The position numbers and the translations under genes are program-made. 64,000 bases of DNA, taken from contig JBBQMG010000004.1 of assembly GCA_038328705.1 (NCBI GenBank), positions 3,391 to 67,390 on the forward strand, in the 5' to 3' direction. Source of the stretch: Acidimicrobiales bacterium (GTDB taxonomy: Bacteria; Actinomycetota; Acidimicrobiia; Acidimicrobiales; Ilumatobacteraceae). The notes under the pieces were generated by a model that did not search any database, was not told the origin of the DNA, and was given only the letters and a program-made list of their open reading frames with translations. This document shows positions 29,113 through 37,553 of the stretch, in pieces. Positions within the stretch are counted from its first letter, which is position 1, and each line of letters starts with the position of its first letter.

Positions 29113-29618
29113 CTACGCCTATGCCCACTGCCGCCGAGCTCGAGCCCGGCACGCTGTCGTTGGACGAGTTGCGAGCGCTGCGCACCGTGCTGCAACACGA
29201 GGACGACGCGATCAGTTACGTGCGCCGCCTCGCCCAAGCCCGCCTCGACCTGCTGCGTGCTGAGCTGCACAACCGTTCGGTCGGCGACGAGAAGAACATC
29301 ACCGGCGAGCTGCCTGCCATCTTGGGAGCGCATCTCACCGGCGGCCAGCCACGCCCGCCACGCCCGGCCGACGACTTCAGTCACCACCCGCTGGCGCTCG
29401 CTCTCGAAGAGCTGTGCAGCGATGCTGGCAGCACCGACCTGCCCTCGATGAACGGCGACGAGCTCATCGACTACCTTGCCCGCCTGCACGAGTTCGAGCA
29501 GTTGCGCTCACACGAACGCAAGGAACTCTTCGTGCGTATCGATGCACTCAGCGCCGAACTGGTGCGGCGCTATCGCGACGGCGAGGCCGACGTCGACGGC
29601 CTGCTCGCACAAGACTGA
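29109..29618 (+). CDS. RsiG-like coiled-coil protein (candidate c-di-GMP-binding anti-sigma factor)
   Basis: 169 aa. ATGA overlap with the MoaD-like stop. DDAISYVRRLAQARLD matches E/D-x3-S-x2-R-x3-Q-x3-D. A second helix, EQLRSHERKELFVRID, matches 4 of the 5 motif positions. Confidence 0.5.
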   Translation: MTTPMPTAAELEPGTLSLDELRALRTVLQHEDDAISYVRRLAQARLDLLRAELHNRSVGDEKNITGELPAILGAHLTGGQPRPPRPADDFSHHPLALALEELCSDAGSTDLPSMNGDELIDYLARLHEFEQLRSHERKELFVRIDALSAELVRRYRDGEADVDGLLAQD

Positions 29619-29629
29619 TTGGCCAACCG

Positions 29630-29992
29630 ATGGCCGACGCACGCGATGAGTTCGACAAGCGTCTGGCCGACGTCGGCGAGTTCATTCGAACCCAGCGCGA
29701 GGTGGCCCGCATGAGCGTGCGCCGCCTGGCCGAGGTCGCCGGCGTCAGTAATCCGTACCTGTCACAGATCGAGCGTGGGTTACGCAAGCCGTCCGCCGAG
29801 ATCCTGCAGCAGATAGCGAAAGCACTGCAGATCAGCGCCGAGACGTTGTACGAACGCGCCGGCTTCATGGACGCCGACTCCTCGGCACGCGGCGTGAAAG
29901 AAGCCATCGCCGCCGACGTCGTACTGACCCAAGAACAACAGCAAGCGCTCCTGAACGTCTACGAAAGCTTCATCAGCCAACACCGCCCCTGA
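29630..29992 (+). CDS. XRE-family helix-turn-helix transcriptional regulator
   Basis: 120 aa. HTH_3 core: MSVRRLAEVAGVSNPYLSQIERGLRKPSAEILQQIAKAL. Confidence 0.8.
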   Translation: MADARDEFDKRLADVGEFIRTQREVARMSVRRLAEVAGVSNPYLSQIERGLRKPSAEILQQIAKALQISAETLYERAGFMDADSSARGVKEAIAADVVLTQEQQQALLNVYESFISQHRP

Positions 29993-31277
29993 GTGTCGCG
30001 GACCGGTACGACGCCCGGCTGCGGGAGCGCAACACGGCGAAGGCCAGCATTCCACTCAGCATCGACGCGATGAGGATGGCAATTTTGGCGTCGGCTTGGT
30101 GTTCCTCGGTGTCGAACGCCAACTCGGCGATGAAGATCGCAACCGTGAAGCCGATGCCCGCCGCGTTGCCAGCACCCAAGAGTTGACGAGTGGTCGTGCC
30201 CTCAGGCCGGCCCGCGACACCGGACCGCTCCGCCAACTTCACGGCCAGCGTCACGCCCAACGGTTTACCGACCAGCAGACCGGCGAGCACACCCCACATG
30301 ATCGGCGACTTGAACGCGTCGCGCATCGAATCCGTGCTCACCTCGATGCCCGCATTGGCGAACGCGAAAAGCGGCACGATCAGGTAACTGGTCCAGGGGT
30401 GCAGCAAGTGCTCCAACCACTCGACCGTGCTGACGCTGTTGCGGGCGATCGCCGCTGTCGAGCGCGCGTGCTCGACCGTGGACAGATCAGACAGCTCCTC
30501 GATGTCGATCAGCTCTTGTACCTGGCGAGGCTTCACCGGGGTGAGTAGACCGCAGATCACGCCCGCCAGTGTCGGGTGCACACCTGCCTCGTGCAGCGCG
30601 AACCACATGGTCGTCCCGATTGCGAGATACACACCCAACTGCGACACGCCCCACTGCCGCGCCACCAGCAGTACCGCCAAGGCCCCAGCGGCGACAGTGA
30701 GCCATGAGAACGACACACCCTGGGAGTAGAAGACCGCGATCACGATGATCGCTCCGATGTCGTCGACCACCGCCAGGCCCAGAAGGAACGCCCGCAACTT
30801 TGCCGGCACGCCGCTGCCTGCGAGCGCCAGCACGCCGACGGCAAGCGCAATGTCGGTGGCCATCGGCACGCCCCACCCCATCGGCTCGGTGCCGCCGGCG
30901 ATGGCCAGGTAGATCGCAGCTGGGATGATCATGCCGCCCAACGCCGCGGCAACCGGAAGGGCGGCAGCCCGTCGACCGGCGAGATGGCCACTAGTCATTT
31001 CCCGCTTGATCTCGAGGCCGACGATCAAGAAGAAGATGGCCATCAGCCCGTCGTTCACCCAGTGGCGTAGGTCGAGTGACAGCCCGTGCCCAGCGATCTC
31101 GATGGCCGCGGTGCTGCGCCACAGGTTGATGTACGACGCGGACCACGGCGAGTTCGCCCACACCAACGCCGCCACGGCGGCCACCACCAGCAGCGCGCCG
31201 CCGGCGGCCTCGGTGTGCAGGAAGTCGCGCAACGGTGCCAACGCGCGGACCACGGGCGACCGCTTCTTGTGGGGCAT
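29973..31277 (-). CDS. nhaA: Na+/H+ antiporter NhaA
   Basis: NhaA family sequence runs throughout (LRDFLHTEAAGGALL, WVNDGLMAIFFLIVGLEIKRE, VVDDIGAI). ATG at 31277 (MPHKKRSP). Confidence 0.9.
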   Translation of the reverse strand: MPHKKRSPVVRALAPLRDFLHTEAAGGALLVVAAVAALVWANSPWSASYINLWRSTAAIEIAGHGLSLDLRHWVNDGLMAIFFLIVGLEIKREMTSGHLAGRRAAALPVAAALGGMIIPAAIYLAIAGGTEPMGWGVPMATDIALAVGVLALAGSGVPAKLRAFLLGLAVVDDIGAIIVIAVFYSQGVSFSWLTVAAGALAVLLVARQWGVSQLGVYLAIGTTMWFALHEAGVHPTLAGVICGLLTPVKPRQVQELIDIEELSDLSTVEHARSTAAIARNSVSTVEWLEHLLHPWTSYLIVPLFAFANAGIEVSTDSMRDAFKSPIMWGVLAGLLVGKPLGVTLAVKLAERSGVAGRPEGTTTRQLLGAGNAAGIGFTVAIFIAELAFDTEEHQADAKIAILIASMLSGMLAFAVLRSRSRASYRSATLRGGVG

Positions 31278-31358
31278 CGTCAACGGCACGGGTGCGAGTC
31301 TGTCATGGACCATTGCCAACGACGTTTGCCGAAATCCGGAATGTCGACCGACTAGATA

Positions 31359-32588
31359 GTGTTTCTGACCGTCGTGCAACGAGTCGCAGTGCTTTCACTC
31401 CACACCTCGCCGCTGGCCCAGCCAGGTTCCGGCGACAGTGGCGGCATGAACGTGTACGTGCGCGAGCTGGTATCGGCCCTGTCGCAGGCCGGTGTGGAGT
31501 GCACCACCTACACCCGTCGTACCAGCGCAGAGCAGCCCGAGGTCGTGCTCGTAGAGCCCGGCCATCGCGTGATCCACGTGCCAGCCGGCCCCTACGACCT
31601 GGCCAAGGAACAGCTGCACACCGTCCTGGAGGAGTTCGGCGACCGTGTGATCGACCATCTCAAGAACGACTCGCCGGCCGACGTCGTGCACGCCAACTAC
31701 TTCCTCAGTGGTCTGGTTGCGCATCGCATCAAGCACGAGCTGGACATTCCGTTCGTCAGCACCTTCCACACGCTCGCCAAGGTGAAGGCCGAGGGTGGCG
31801 ATCACGAGCCCGACTGGCGGCATCGCGCCGAGCAGGAGATCATCGCCTGCGCGGACGCGATCTGCGTCAGTTGCACCGAAGAGGAAAGTCAGTTCCGCCG
31901 CCTCTACGGCAACCCCAAGGGTCGCATGGAAATCGTGGCTCCCGGTGTGGAGCACGCGTTCTTCGCTCCGGGAGAACGCAGCGGTGCGCGCCGCGCTCTC
32001 GACCTCCCCATCGCCGCACCGGTGTTGCTGTTCGTCGGCCGCATCCAACCCCTGAAGGCACCCGACATTGCGGTGCGCGCACTTGCACAACTGCGCCGTC
32101 CCGATGCCCTGCTGATGATTGTCGGCGGCGCCAGCGGCGTTGAGGGCGACGACGAAGTCGCTGCGCTGGAAGCACTGATCGACGAGTTGGGTGTGCGCGA
32201 TCAGGTTCGCTTCGTGCCGCCCCAACCGCACCACATTCTCAGCACCTATTACCGCGCTGCTGACGTCGTCATCGTGCCCAGTCGCAGTGAGAGTTTCGGG
32301 CTCGTCGCGCTCGAGGCGTCGGCGTGCGGGATCCCGGTGGTCGCCGCCGGCGTGGGCGGCCTGTTGACCCTCGTGGACCATGGCGAGACCGGCTACCTGG
32401 TCCCCGATCGCGACCCCGCGCTGTTTGCGCACTACCTGCGCGAGATCATCGACCATCCGGTCCACGCGGCGGCCCTGGGCCATCGTGGTGCCGAACGCGC
32501 CAAGCGCTATACATGGGGTTTCGCTGCCGCCCGACTTCGCCGGCTGTACACGGACCTTGCCGCACGCGAACTCGTCGCCTGCGTGTGA
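31359..32588 (+). CDS. mshA: D-inositol-3-phosphate glycosyltransferase (mycothiol biosynthesis)
   Basis: The N-terminus VAVLSLHTSPLAQPGSGDSGGMNVYVREL is characteristic of MshA. The C-terminal GT4 motif is ESFGLVALEASACGIPVV. Confidence 0.85.
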   Translation: MFLTVVQRVAVLSLHTSPLAQPGSGDSGGMNVYVRELVSALSQAGVECTTYTRRTSAEQPEVVLVEPGHRVIHVPAGPYDLAKEQLHTVLEEFGDRVIDHLKNDSPADVVHANYFLSGLVAHRIKHELDIPFVSTFHTLAKVKAEGGDHEPDWRHRAEQEIIACADAICVSCTEEESQFRRLYGNPKGRMEIVAPGVEHAFFAPGERSGARRALDLPIAAPVLLFVGRIQPLKAPDIAVRALAQLRRPDALLMIVGGASGVEGDDEVAALEALIDELGVRDQVRFVPPQPHHILSTYYRAADVVIVPSRSESFGLVALEASACGIPVVAAGVGGLLTLVDHGETGYLVPDRDPALFAHYLREIIDHPVHAAALGHRGAERAKRYTWGFAAARLRRLYTDLAARELVACV

Positions 32589-32595
32589 GCCGCAC

Positions 32596-33060
32596 GTGAC
32601 CGACTATCACCTGCCTCCGTCGCTGGAGACGCTCGCCGCGTCGATCATGCAGTGGCTCGCGGGCTTCGCTGCCGAGAACCCGACCTTCGAAGCCATCGAC
32701 CGGGGCGAAGCCGGCGAGCCAGAGCCGCGCTGGTACGTACGCCTGCGCGGCGAGGAGAAGGAACACATCACCATCTGGATCACCCTCGGGCAGCGCACGC
32801 TGCGTTACGAGGCCTACGTGCTGCCCGCACCGCAGGAGAACGTGGCCGCCGTGTACGAGATGGCGTTGCGCCGCAACGACAAGTTCGTCGGCGCACACTT
32901 CGCCATCGGCGTCGAGGACGCGCTGTTCCTACGAGGTGAGATTCCGCTCGCGTGGCTCACCGAGGCCGAGCTCGACCGCATCATCGGCTCGCTCTACAGC
33001 TACACCGAGCAGGCCTTCCCCGGCCTGATCCGCCTGGCCTTCGCCAGCAAGTTCGCCTGA
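32596..33060 (+). CDS. YbjN-domain protein (the conserved neighbour of mshA in actinobacteria)
   Basis: 154 aa starting at GTG 32596. Its position directly after mshA matches actinobacterial synteny. The upstream part of the ORF in the track overlaps mshA in another frame. Confidence 0.65.
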   Translation: MTDYHLPPSLETLAASIMQWLAGFAAENPTFEAIDRGEAGEPEPRWYVRLRGEEKEHITIWITLGQRTLRYEAYVLPAPQENVAAVYEMALRRNDKFVGAHFAIGVEDALFLRGEIPLAWLTEAELDRIIGSLYSYTEQAFPGLIRLAFASKFA

Positions 33061-33173
33061 TTTTGCCGTTTGCCGAATCTCGGCATGCCCAGTACTGGTG
33101 CCGGGCGGGTGGCCGCGTCGGGGAAGTCGTGCCACCCACCCGGCGCTGAGATCGCAACGCGTAGCCTGGCCCC

Positions 33174-33968
33174 ATGACGACGTATCGGTTGGCAGTGGTT
33201 GGTGGCGGCAACATGGGGGCGGCGCTGGTGGGCGGGCTGCTGCAGTCCGGTTGGGTCGCCGGCGACATTGCCGTGGTCGAAGTGCTGCCCGCTCGCGTGG
33301 CCGAGTTGCAGCAGATGTTCCCGGGCGTTGCCGTCGCCGACGAGATCCCTCCATGCCAGTCCGCCCTCATCGCCGTCAAGCCGTACGACGTCGTCGCCGC
33401 GTGCATCACGGCCGCTGAGGCCGGCGCCACTCGGCTACTCAGCATTGCCGCCGGTATCGGCATCGCTGCCCTGCAGGCCGCGGCCGGCACCGAAGTTGCT
33501 GTCGTGCGCGCGATGCCCAACACACCCGCGCTCGTCGGCAAGGGGGCGGCCGCAATCTGCGGCGGGCCGACTGCCGACGAGGCCGACCTCGAGTGGGCAG
33601 AATCCATCCTCGGCTCGGTCGGGATTGTGGTGCGCGTTCCAGAGTCACAACTCGATGCGGTCACCGGGCTGGCCGGCAGCGGCCCGGCATATCTCTTTCT
33701 CGTGGCCGAGGCGCTCACCGAAGCAGGCGTTCTTGCCGGGCTCAGTCGGGCCAACAGCGAGGCACTGGTGACGCAGCTCTTCGTCGGTTCGTCTGCTCTG
33801 TTGCAGCAGCGCGGCAACCCTGCCAATCTGCGCGCAATGGTCACCTCACCAGGGGGAACGACCGCCGCCGGGCTACGCGCGCTCGAAGAGCATGGCGTGC
33901 GTTCAGCCTTCCTGGAGGCCGTGCTGGCGGCCACTGCGCGCGGCGCCGAGCTCGGTCGATCGACCTGA
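33174..33968 (+). CDS. proC: Pyrroline-5-carboxylate reductase
   Basis: N-terminal Rossmann motif VVGGGNMGAAL and the C-terminal motif VTSPGGTTAAGL are present. Confidence 0.9.
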   Translation: MTTYRLAVVGGGNMGAALVGGLLQSGWVAGDIAVVEVLPARVAELQQMFPGVAVADEIPPCQSALIAVKPYDVVAACITAAEAGATRLLSIAAGIGIAALQAAAGTEVAVVRAMPNTPALVGKGAAAICGGPTADEADLEWAESILGSVGIVVRVPESQLDAVTGLAGSGPAYLFLVAEALTEAGVLAGLSRANSEALVTQLFVGSSALLQQRGNPANLRAMVTSPGGTTAAGLRALEEHGVRSAFLEAVLAATARGAELGRST

Positions 33969-34009
33969 TCCGTTCACTGGTTGTTCACCTCCGCGAAAAG
34001 AAATCTTGC

Positions 34010-34025
34010 TGTGACTCTTTTCTCA
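34010..34025. promoter_or_regulatory. CRP/GlxR-like binding-site candidate
   Basis: TGTGA-ctcttt-TCTCA has one mismatch to TGTGA-N6-TCACA. It lies in an AT-enriched 220-bp intergenic region. A Crp-family gene is present in the window. Confidence 0.25.
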
Positions 34026-34188
34026 CCGACTGTTCTGCGTCTATTCTTCACATGGGTCGCAAGACCAACCAAGTGATTCGTCACTCGGGTGTCGCGCCCC
34101 GCAAGGGCTGCGCCGCAGAGGGCTGGTGCCATCGGGGGGTTGGCATCGGCCCTCTACGCATTTTCGCAGCAGGTAGCGTGAGTCGCTC

Positions 34189-35061
34189 ATGGGCCGCAGC
34201 TACGACACCATCTCGTTCCTCAGTGACCTCGGCATCGCCGACGAGCACGTTGGCGTGGTGAAGGCAATCGTGCGCGACATGGCGCCCCACGCGCAGGTCG
34301 TCGACCTCACCCACGGCATTGCGTCGTACGACGTTCGCGCCGGCAGCCTCGCGCTGGCGCGTGCGATCGGCTACATACCCTCGGGGGTCGTGATGGCCGT
34401 CGTCGATGCGGGTGATCGGCGTGCTGTTGCAATTGAAGTTGCCGACGGCGCGGGCGTGGTGATCGGCCCCGACAATGGATTGCTCGCCTCCGCGATTTCG
34501 ATGGCGGGCGGGTCTGGTCGCGCTGTCATCCTCGACAACCTCGAGTTTCAGCTCGCAAGCCCGGGTGCAATCATTGCCAGTCGCGACGTGTTCGCACCGG
34601 TTGCTGCACACCTGTGCAACGGCGTCGACCTAGCAGAGCTCGGCACACTCGTGGATGCCGACGAACTGCTGCCAGGCGTGGTGCCGCTACCGCGCGATGC
34701 CGACGCTGGTGGCGTGCATGCCGAGGTGCTGTGGATCGATCAAGCCGGCAACTGTCAGCTGAACATCGGTCTCGACGACGTCACCCCGTGGGGCGTCGCC
34801 GAGGGCATTCGCCTGGAGATCACGGCCGGCGACGTCGTCCGCGTGGCGCAACGGATGTCACGCGCAGGCGGTCTCGGCCCAGGGTCGATCGGTTTCATCG
34901 TGGATGGCTTCGGCTTGCTCACTCTCGTGCTCGACCGCCGCTCTGCCGCCGAGGAACTGGCACTGGCCACCGCCGACCAGGTCACGGTGCGCCCTCTCAC
35001 CGAAGGCTCGAATGGCCCAGGTGTGAGCGTGCCCGTGATGCTGTCCGAGCCGCGCAGATAG
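34189..35061 (+). CDS. SAM hydrolase / SAM-dependent halogenase family protein (DUF62)
   Basis: The N-terminus ISFLSDLGIADEHVGVVKAIV and the two-domain length (290 aa) are typical of the DUF62 family. Confidence 0.7.
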   Translation: MGRSYDTISFLSDLGIADEHVGVVKAIVRDMAPHAQVVDLTHGIASYDVRAGSLALARAIGYIPSGVVMAVVDAGDRRAVAIEVADGAGVVIGPDNGLLASAISMAGGSGRAVILDNLEFQLASPGAIIASRDVFAPVAAHLCNGVDLAELGTLVDADELLPGVVPLPRDADAGGVHAEVLWIDQAGNCQLNIGLDDVTPWGVAEGIRLEITAGDVVRVAQRMSRAGGLGPGSIGFIVDGFGLLTLVLDRRSAAEELALATADQVTVRPLTEGSNGPGVSVPVMLSEPRR

Positions 35062-35070
35062 CCTGACCGA

Positions 35071-35154
35071 ATGCGCCCCGCGACCACGCTCACCCTCGGC
35101 TTGCTGCTGCTCTGCATCCTGACTGCGGGCATTTTGTCCCTGCTGCGCCTCTGA
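35071..35154 (+). CDS. Possible 27-aa hydrophobic micro-protein
   Basis: MRPATTLTLGLLLLCILTAGILSLLRL. 24 of 26 codons end in G or C, which is genome-typical coding bias. It starts 10 nt after the preceding stop and has no clear Shine-Dalgarno sequence. Confidence 0.3.
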   Translation: MRPATTLTLGLLLLCILTAGILSLLRL

Positions 35155-35243
35155 CTCCCCTCATCAGGCATTCCCCAGGACCGCACACGCGTCGGTAACC
35201 GGCGGGTAACATCCACGGAGCCGCAAGAGGGGGCTGGCATCAC

Positions 35244-36734
35244 GTGAATTTGGCGCACATCATCGATCCGCATCCGGCCGACAAGGTGGCCATCATCAGC
35301 CGCGGCCGTCCCACCACGTACGGGGCGCTGCGCGACCAGGTCGAGCACGTGCGCGGTGGGCTCGTCGCGCTCGGCGTCACCAAGGGAGACCGTATTGCGC
35401 TGCTGTGCAGCAACGGCCGCTACTTCGTCGACCTCTACCTCGCCGCGCTGGGTCTGGGCGCCGTGACCGTTCCGCTCAACCCCACCAGCCCGGCGCCCGA
35501 GATCGAGCGCGAGGTAGTGACCGTCGGCGCCAAGGTCGTGGTCATCGAGCCGCAGGCCGCGGGTGCCTGGGCCCACATCAATCGTGCGCTCGTGCCGAGC
35601 GTGCAACATGTTGTTGCCACCGAGCCGGGCACTGTCGACGGCGCGGACTCCACGTTCGACGATCTGCTCGCCGGGCAGCGGGTGCAGTCCGTCGAGGTTG
35701 ATGACGACGATCTGGCTGCACTCATCTTCACCTCGGGGACAGCCGGCTCACCACGGGCAGCGATGCTCAGCCACGGCAACCTGCTCTCGAACCTCGAGCA
35801 GGGTCGCAGTACCGACGGCATTCGTGAGGACGACATGGTGTTCGGTGTGCTGCCGATGTTCCACATCTTCGGTCTCAACGTTGTGCTCGGCCTGACGCTC
35901 GCTCGCGGCGCGACGGTCATCCTCGTGCAGCGCTTCGATCCCTTCACAGCGCTCGGAACCATCACCGAACGCGGCGTCACCGTCATCCCCGGTGCACCAC
36001 CGATGTGGCTCGCGTTCAGTCACTTCGACGACATGCCTTCCAACAGCTTCGCCACCGTGCGGCTCGCCCTCACCGGCGCGGCCAAGATGCCCGAGGAAGC
36101 CACTCGTCACCTGCAAGAGCGTTTCGGCATCGTGCTGCGCGAGGGGTACGGCCTCACCGAGGCCTCGCCGGTGGTCACCTCCTCGGCCGGCCTCACGCCC
36201 AAGGTGGGTTCGGTCGGAAAGGTGCTCGATGGTATTCAGGTGCGCCTGGTCGACGAGAACGGCGACGACGCGTTGGCAGATGATTCCGGCGAGATCTGGG
36301 TGAAGGGTCCCAACGTGTTCAAGGGGTATCTCAACGAGCCCGAAGCCACTGCACGTGTGCTCAGCGCCGATGGCTGGCTGCGCACCGGCGACATTGCCGT
36401 GGCCGACGATGAGGGCTTCCTCTACCTGGTCGACCGCGCCAAAGACCTCGTCATCGTCAGCGGCTTCAACGTGTACCCCGCCGAGGTCGAAGAAGTGTTG
36501 ATGCAGCACCCGGATGTACAAGAAGTGGGCGTGGTCGGCGTGCCGCACCCGCACACCGGCGAAGCAGTGAAGGCATTCGTGGTGCTGCGCCCCGGGGCCA
36601 CTGCGCACGAAGACACACTGATCTCGTGGTGCCTGGACAACCTGGCGCGCTACAAGTGCCCGGCCAAGATTCTCTTCGTCGACGAACTGCCGCGCAACGT
36701 CAACGGCAAGCTGCTCCGTCGCAGCCTCGCCTGA
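35244..36734 (+). CDS. fadD: Long-chain fatty-acid--CoA ligase (AMP-binding family)
   Basis: AMP-binding motifs IFTSGTAGSPRAAMLSH, YGLTEAS, GDIAVADDEGFLYLVDRAKD and PRNVNGKLLRR are present. Confidence 0.9.
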   Translation: MNLAHIIDPHPADKVAIISRGRPTTYGALRDQVEHVRGGLVALGVTKGDRIALLCSNGRYFVDLYLAALGLGAVTVPLNPTSPAPEIEREVVTVGAKVVVIEPQAAGAWAHINRALVPSVQHVVATEPGTVDGADSTFDDLLAGQRVQSVEVDDDDLAALIFTSGTAGSPRAAMLSHGNLLSNLEQGRSTDGIREDDMVFGVLPMFHIFGLNVVLGLTLARGATVILVQRFDPFTALGTITERGVTVIPGAPPMWLAFSHFDDMPSNSFATVRLALTGAAKMPEEATRHLQERFGIVLREGYGLTEASPVVTSSAGLTPKVGSVGKVLDGIQVRLVDENGDDALADDSGEIWVKGPNVFKGYLNEPEATARVLSADGWLRTGDIAVADDEGFLYLVDRAKDLVIVSGFNVYPAEVEEVLMQHPDVQEVGVVGVPHPHTGEAVKAFVVLRPGATAHEDTLISWCLDNLARYKCPAKILFVDELPRNVNGKLLRRSLA

Positions 36735-36809
36735 CGAACGCCGCCACACGACGAACGCAACGAGTTCGCACAGAGCCGAAGGTCACACCGGACTCTCACC
36801 CTGTGAACT

Positions 36810-36827
36810 TTGTGAACGTGTGCACGA
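36810..36827. promoter_or_regulatory. Rex operator (ROP-like) upstream of rex-hemACD
   Basis: TTGTGAACGTGTGCACGA matches 15 of 18 positions of the Streptomyces ROP site TTGTGAACGCGTTCACAA. An extra TGTGAAC half-site lies at 36803-36809. Confidence 0.6.
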
Positions 36828-36848
36828 GTGCCTAACGTGGGCATTCAC

Positions 36849-37541
36849 ATGGCTCCTGACCGCAACCGTCGTCGCATCCCTGATGCCACCGTCTCGAGGT
36901 TGCCGGTGTACCTGCGCATCCTGTCCGAGCAAAGTGCAGCCGGCGTGGACAGCATCTCGTCCGAGGGCCTGGCGGAGCTGGCGGGCGTGAATGCAGCCAA
37001 GGTGCGTAAGGACCTTTCGTACCTGGGCAGCTACGGCACTCGCGGTGTGGGCTACGAAGTCGACTACCTCGTGTACCAAGTGCGCCGCGAGCTGGGCCTC
37101 ACGCACGACTGGCCCGTGGTCATCGTCGGCGCCGGCAACCTGGGTCAAGCCCTTGCCGGTTACGGCGGCTTTGGCGAGCGTGGCTTCCCGGTGGCTGGCA
37201 TTGTCGACGTCGACGATTCCAAGGTCGGCTCCGTCCTCGGCGGCGTGCGTGTGCGCCACATCGACGAGCTGCCCCAGATCGTCGCCACCAAGCGAGTCAA
37301 CATCGGCGTGGTTGCCACCCCCGGTAGTGCTGCACAGGAAGCTGCCGATTTGCTGGTGCAGGCCGGTGTCACGAGTATTTTGAACTTTGCCCCGATCGTG
37401 TTGACGGTGCCGCGCTCCATCGAGGTCCGCAAGGTCGACCTCGCTGTCGAGCTGCAGATTCTCAGCTATCACGAACAGCGTCGGGCCGGCGGTGTAATTC
37501 ATGCCGTGCCCGCTACCCCACCACGCTCGGCGACGGCATAG
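36849..37541 (+). CDS. rex: Redox-sensing transcriptional repressor Rex
   Basis: RIPDATVSRLPVYLRIL, LSYLGSYGTRGVGYEVDYL and the Rossmann motif VVIVGAGNLG are present. I prefer the ATG at 36849, because the GTG at 36828 abuts the operator. Confidence 0.9.
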   Translation: MAPDRNRRRIPDATVSRLPVYLRILSEQSAAGVDSISSEGLAELAGVNAAKVRKDLSYLGSYGTRGVGYEVDYLVYQVRRELGLTHDWPVVIVGAGNLGQALAGYGGFGERGFPVAGIVDVDDSKVGSVLGGVRVRHIDELPQIVATKRVNIGVVATPGSAAQEAADLLVQAGVTSILNFAPIVLTVPRSIEVRKVDLAVELQILSYHEQRRAGGVIHAVPATPPRSATA

Positions 37542-37553
37542 ATTGGGCACCGC

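Noticed and set aside
34060-34160. A SAM-class riboswitch upstream of the SAM-hydrolase gene.
   Set aside because: I could not align the sequence to the SAM-IV, SAM-II/V or SAM-SAH consensus cores from memory. It is kept only as an unclassified structured leader in the findings, and an Infernal scan is needed.
33969-34188. I looked for the small genes that follow proC in mycobacteria and Streptomyces: an excisionase-like BldC/Rv0500A homologue and the 33-aa ribosomal protein bS22.
   Set aside because: No frame gives a Lys/Arg-rich bS22-like peptide or an HTH protein. The only ATG-initiated frame (MGRKTNQVIRHSG...) runs into the next gene region out of frame and lacks similarity.
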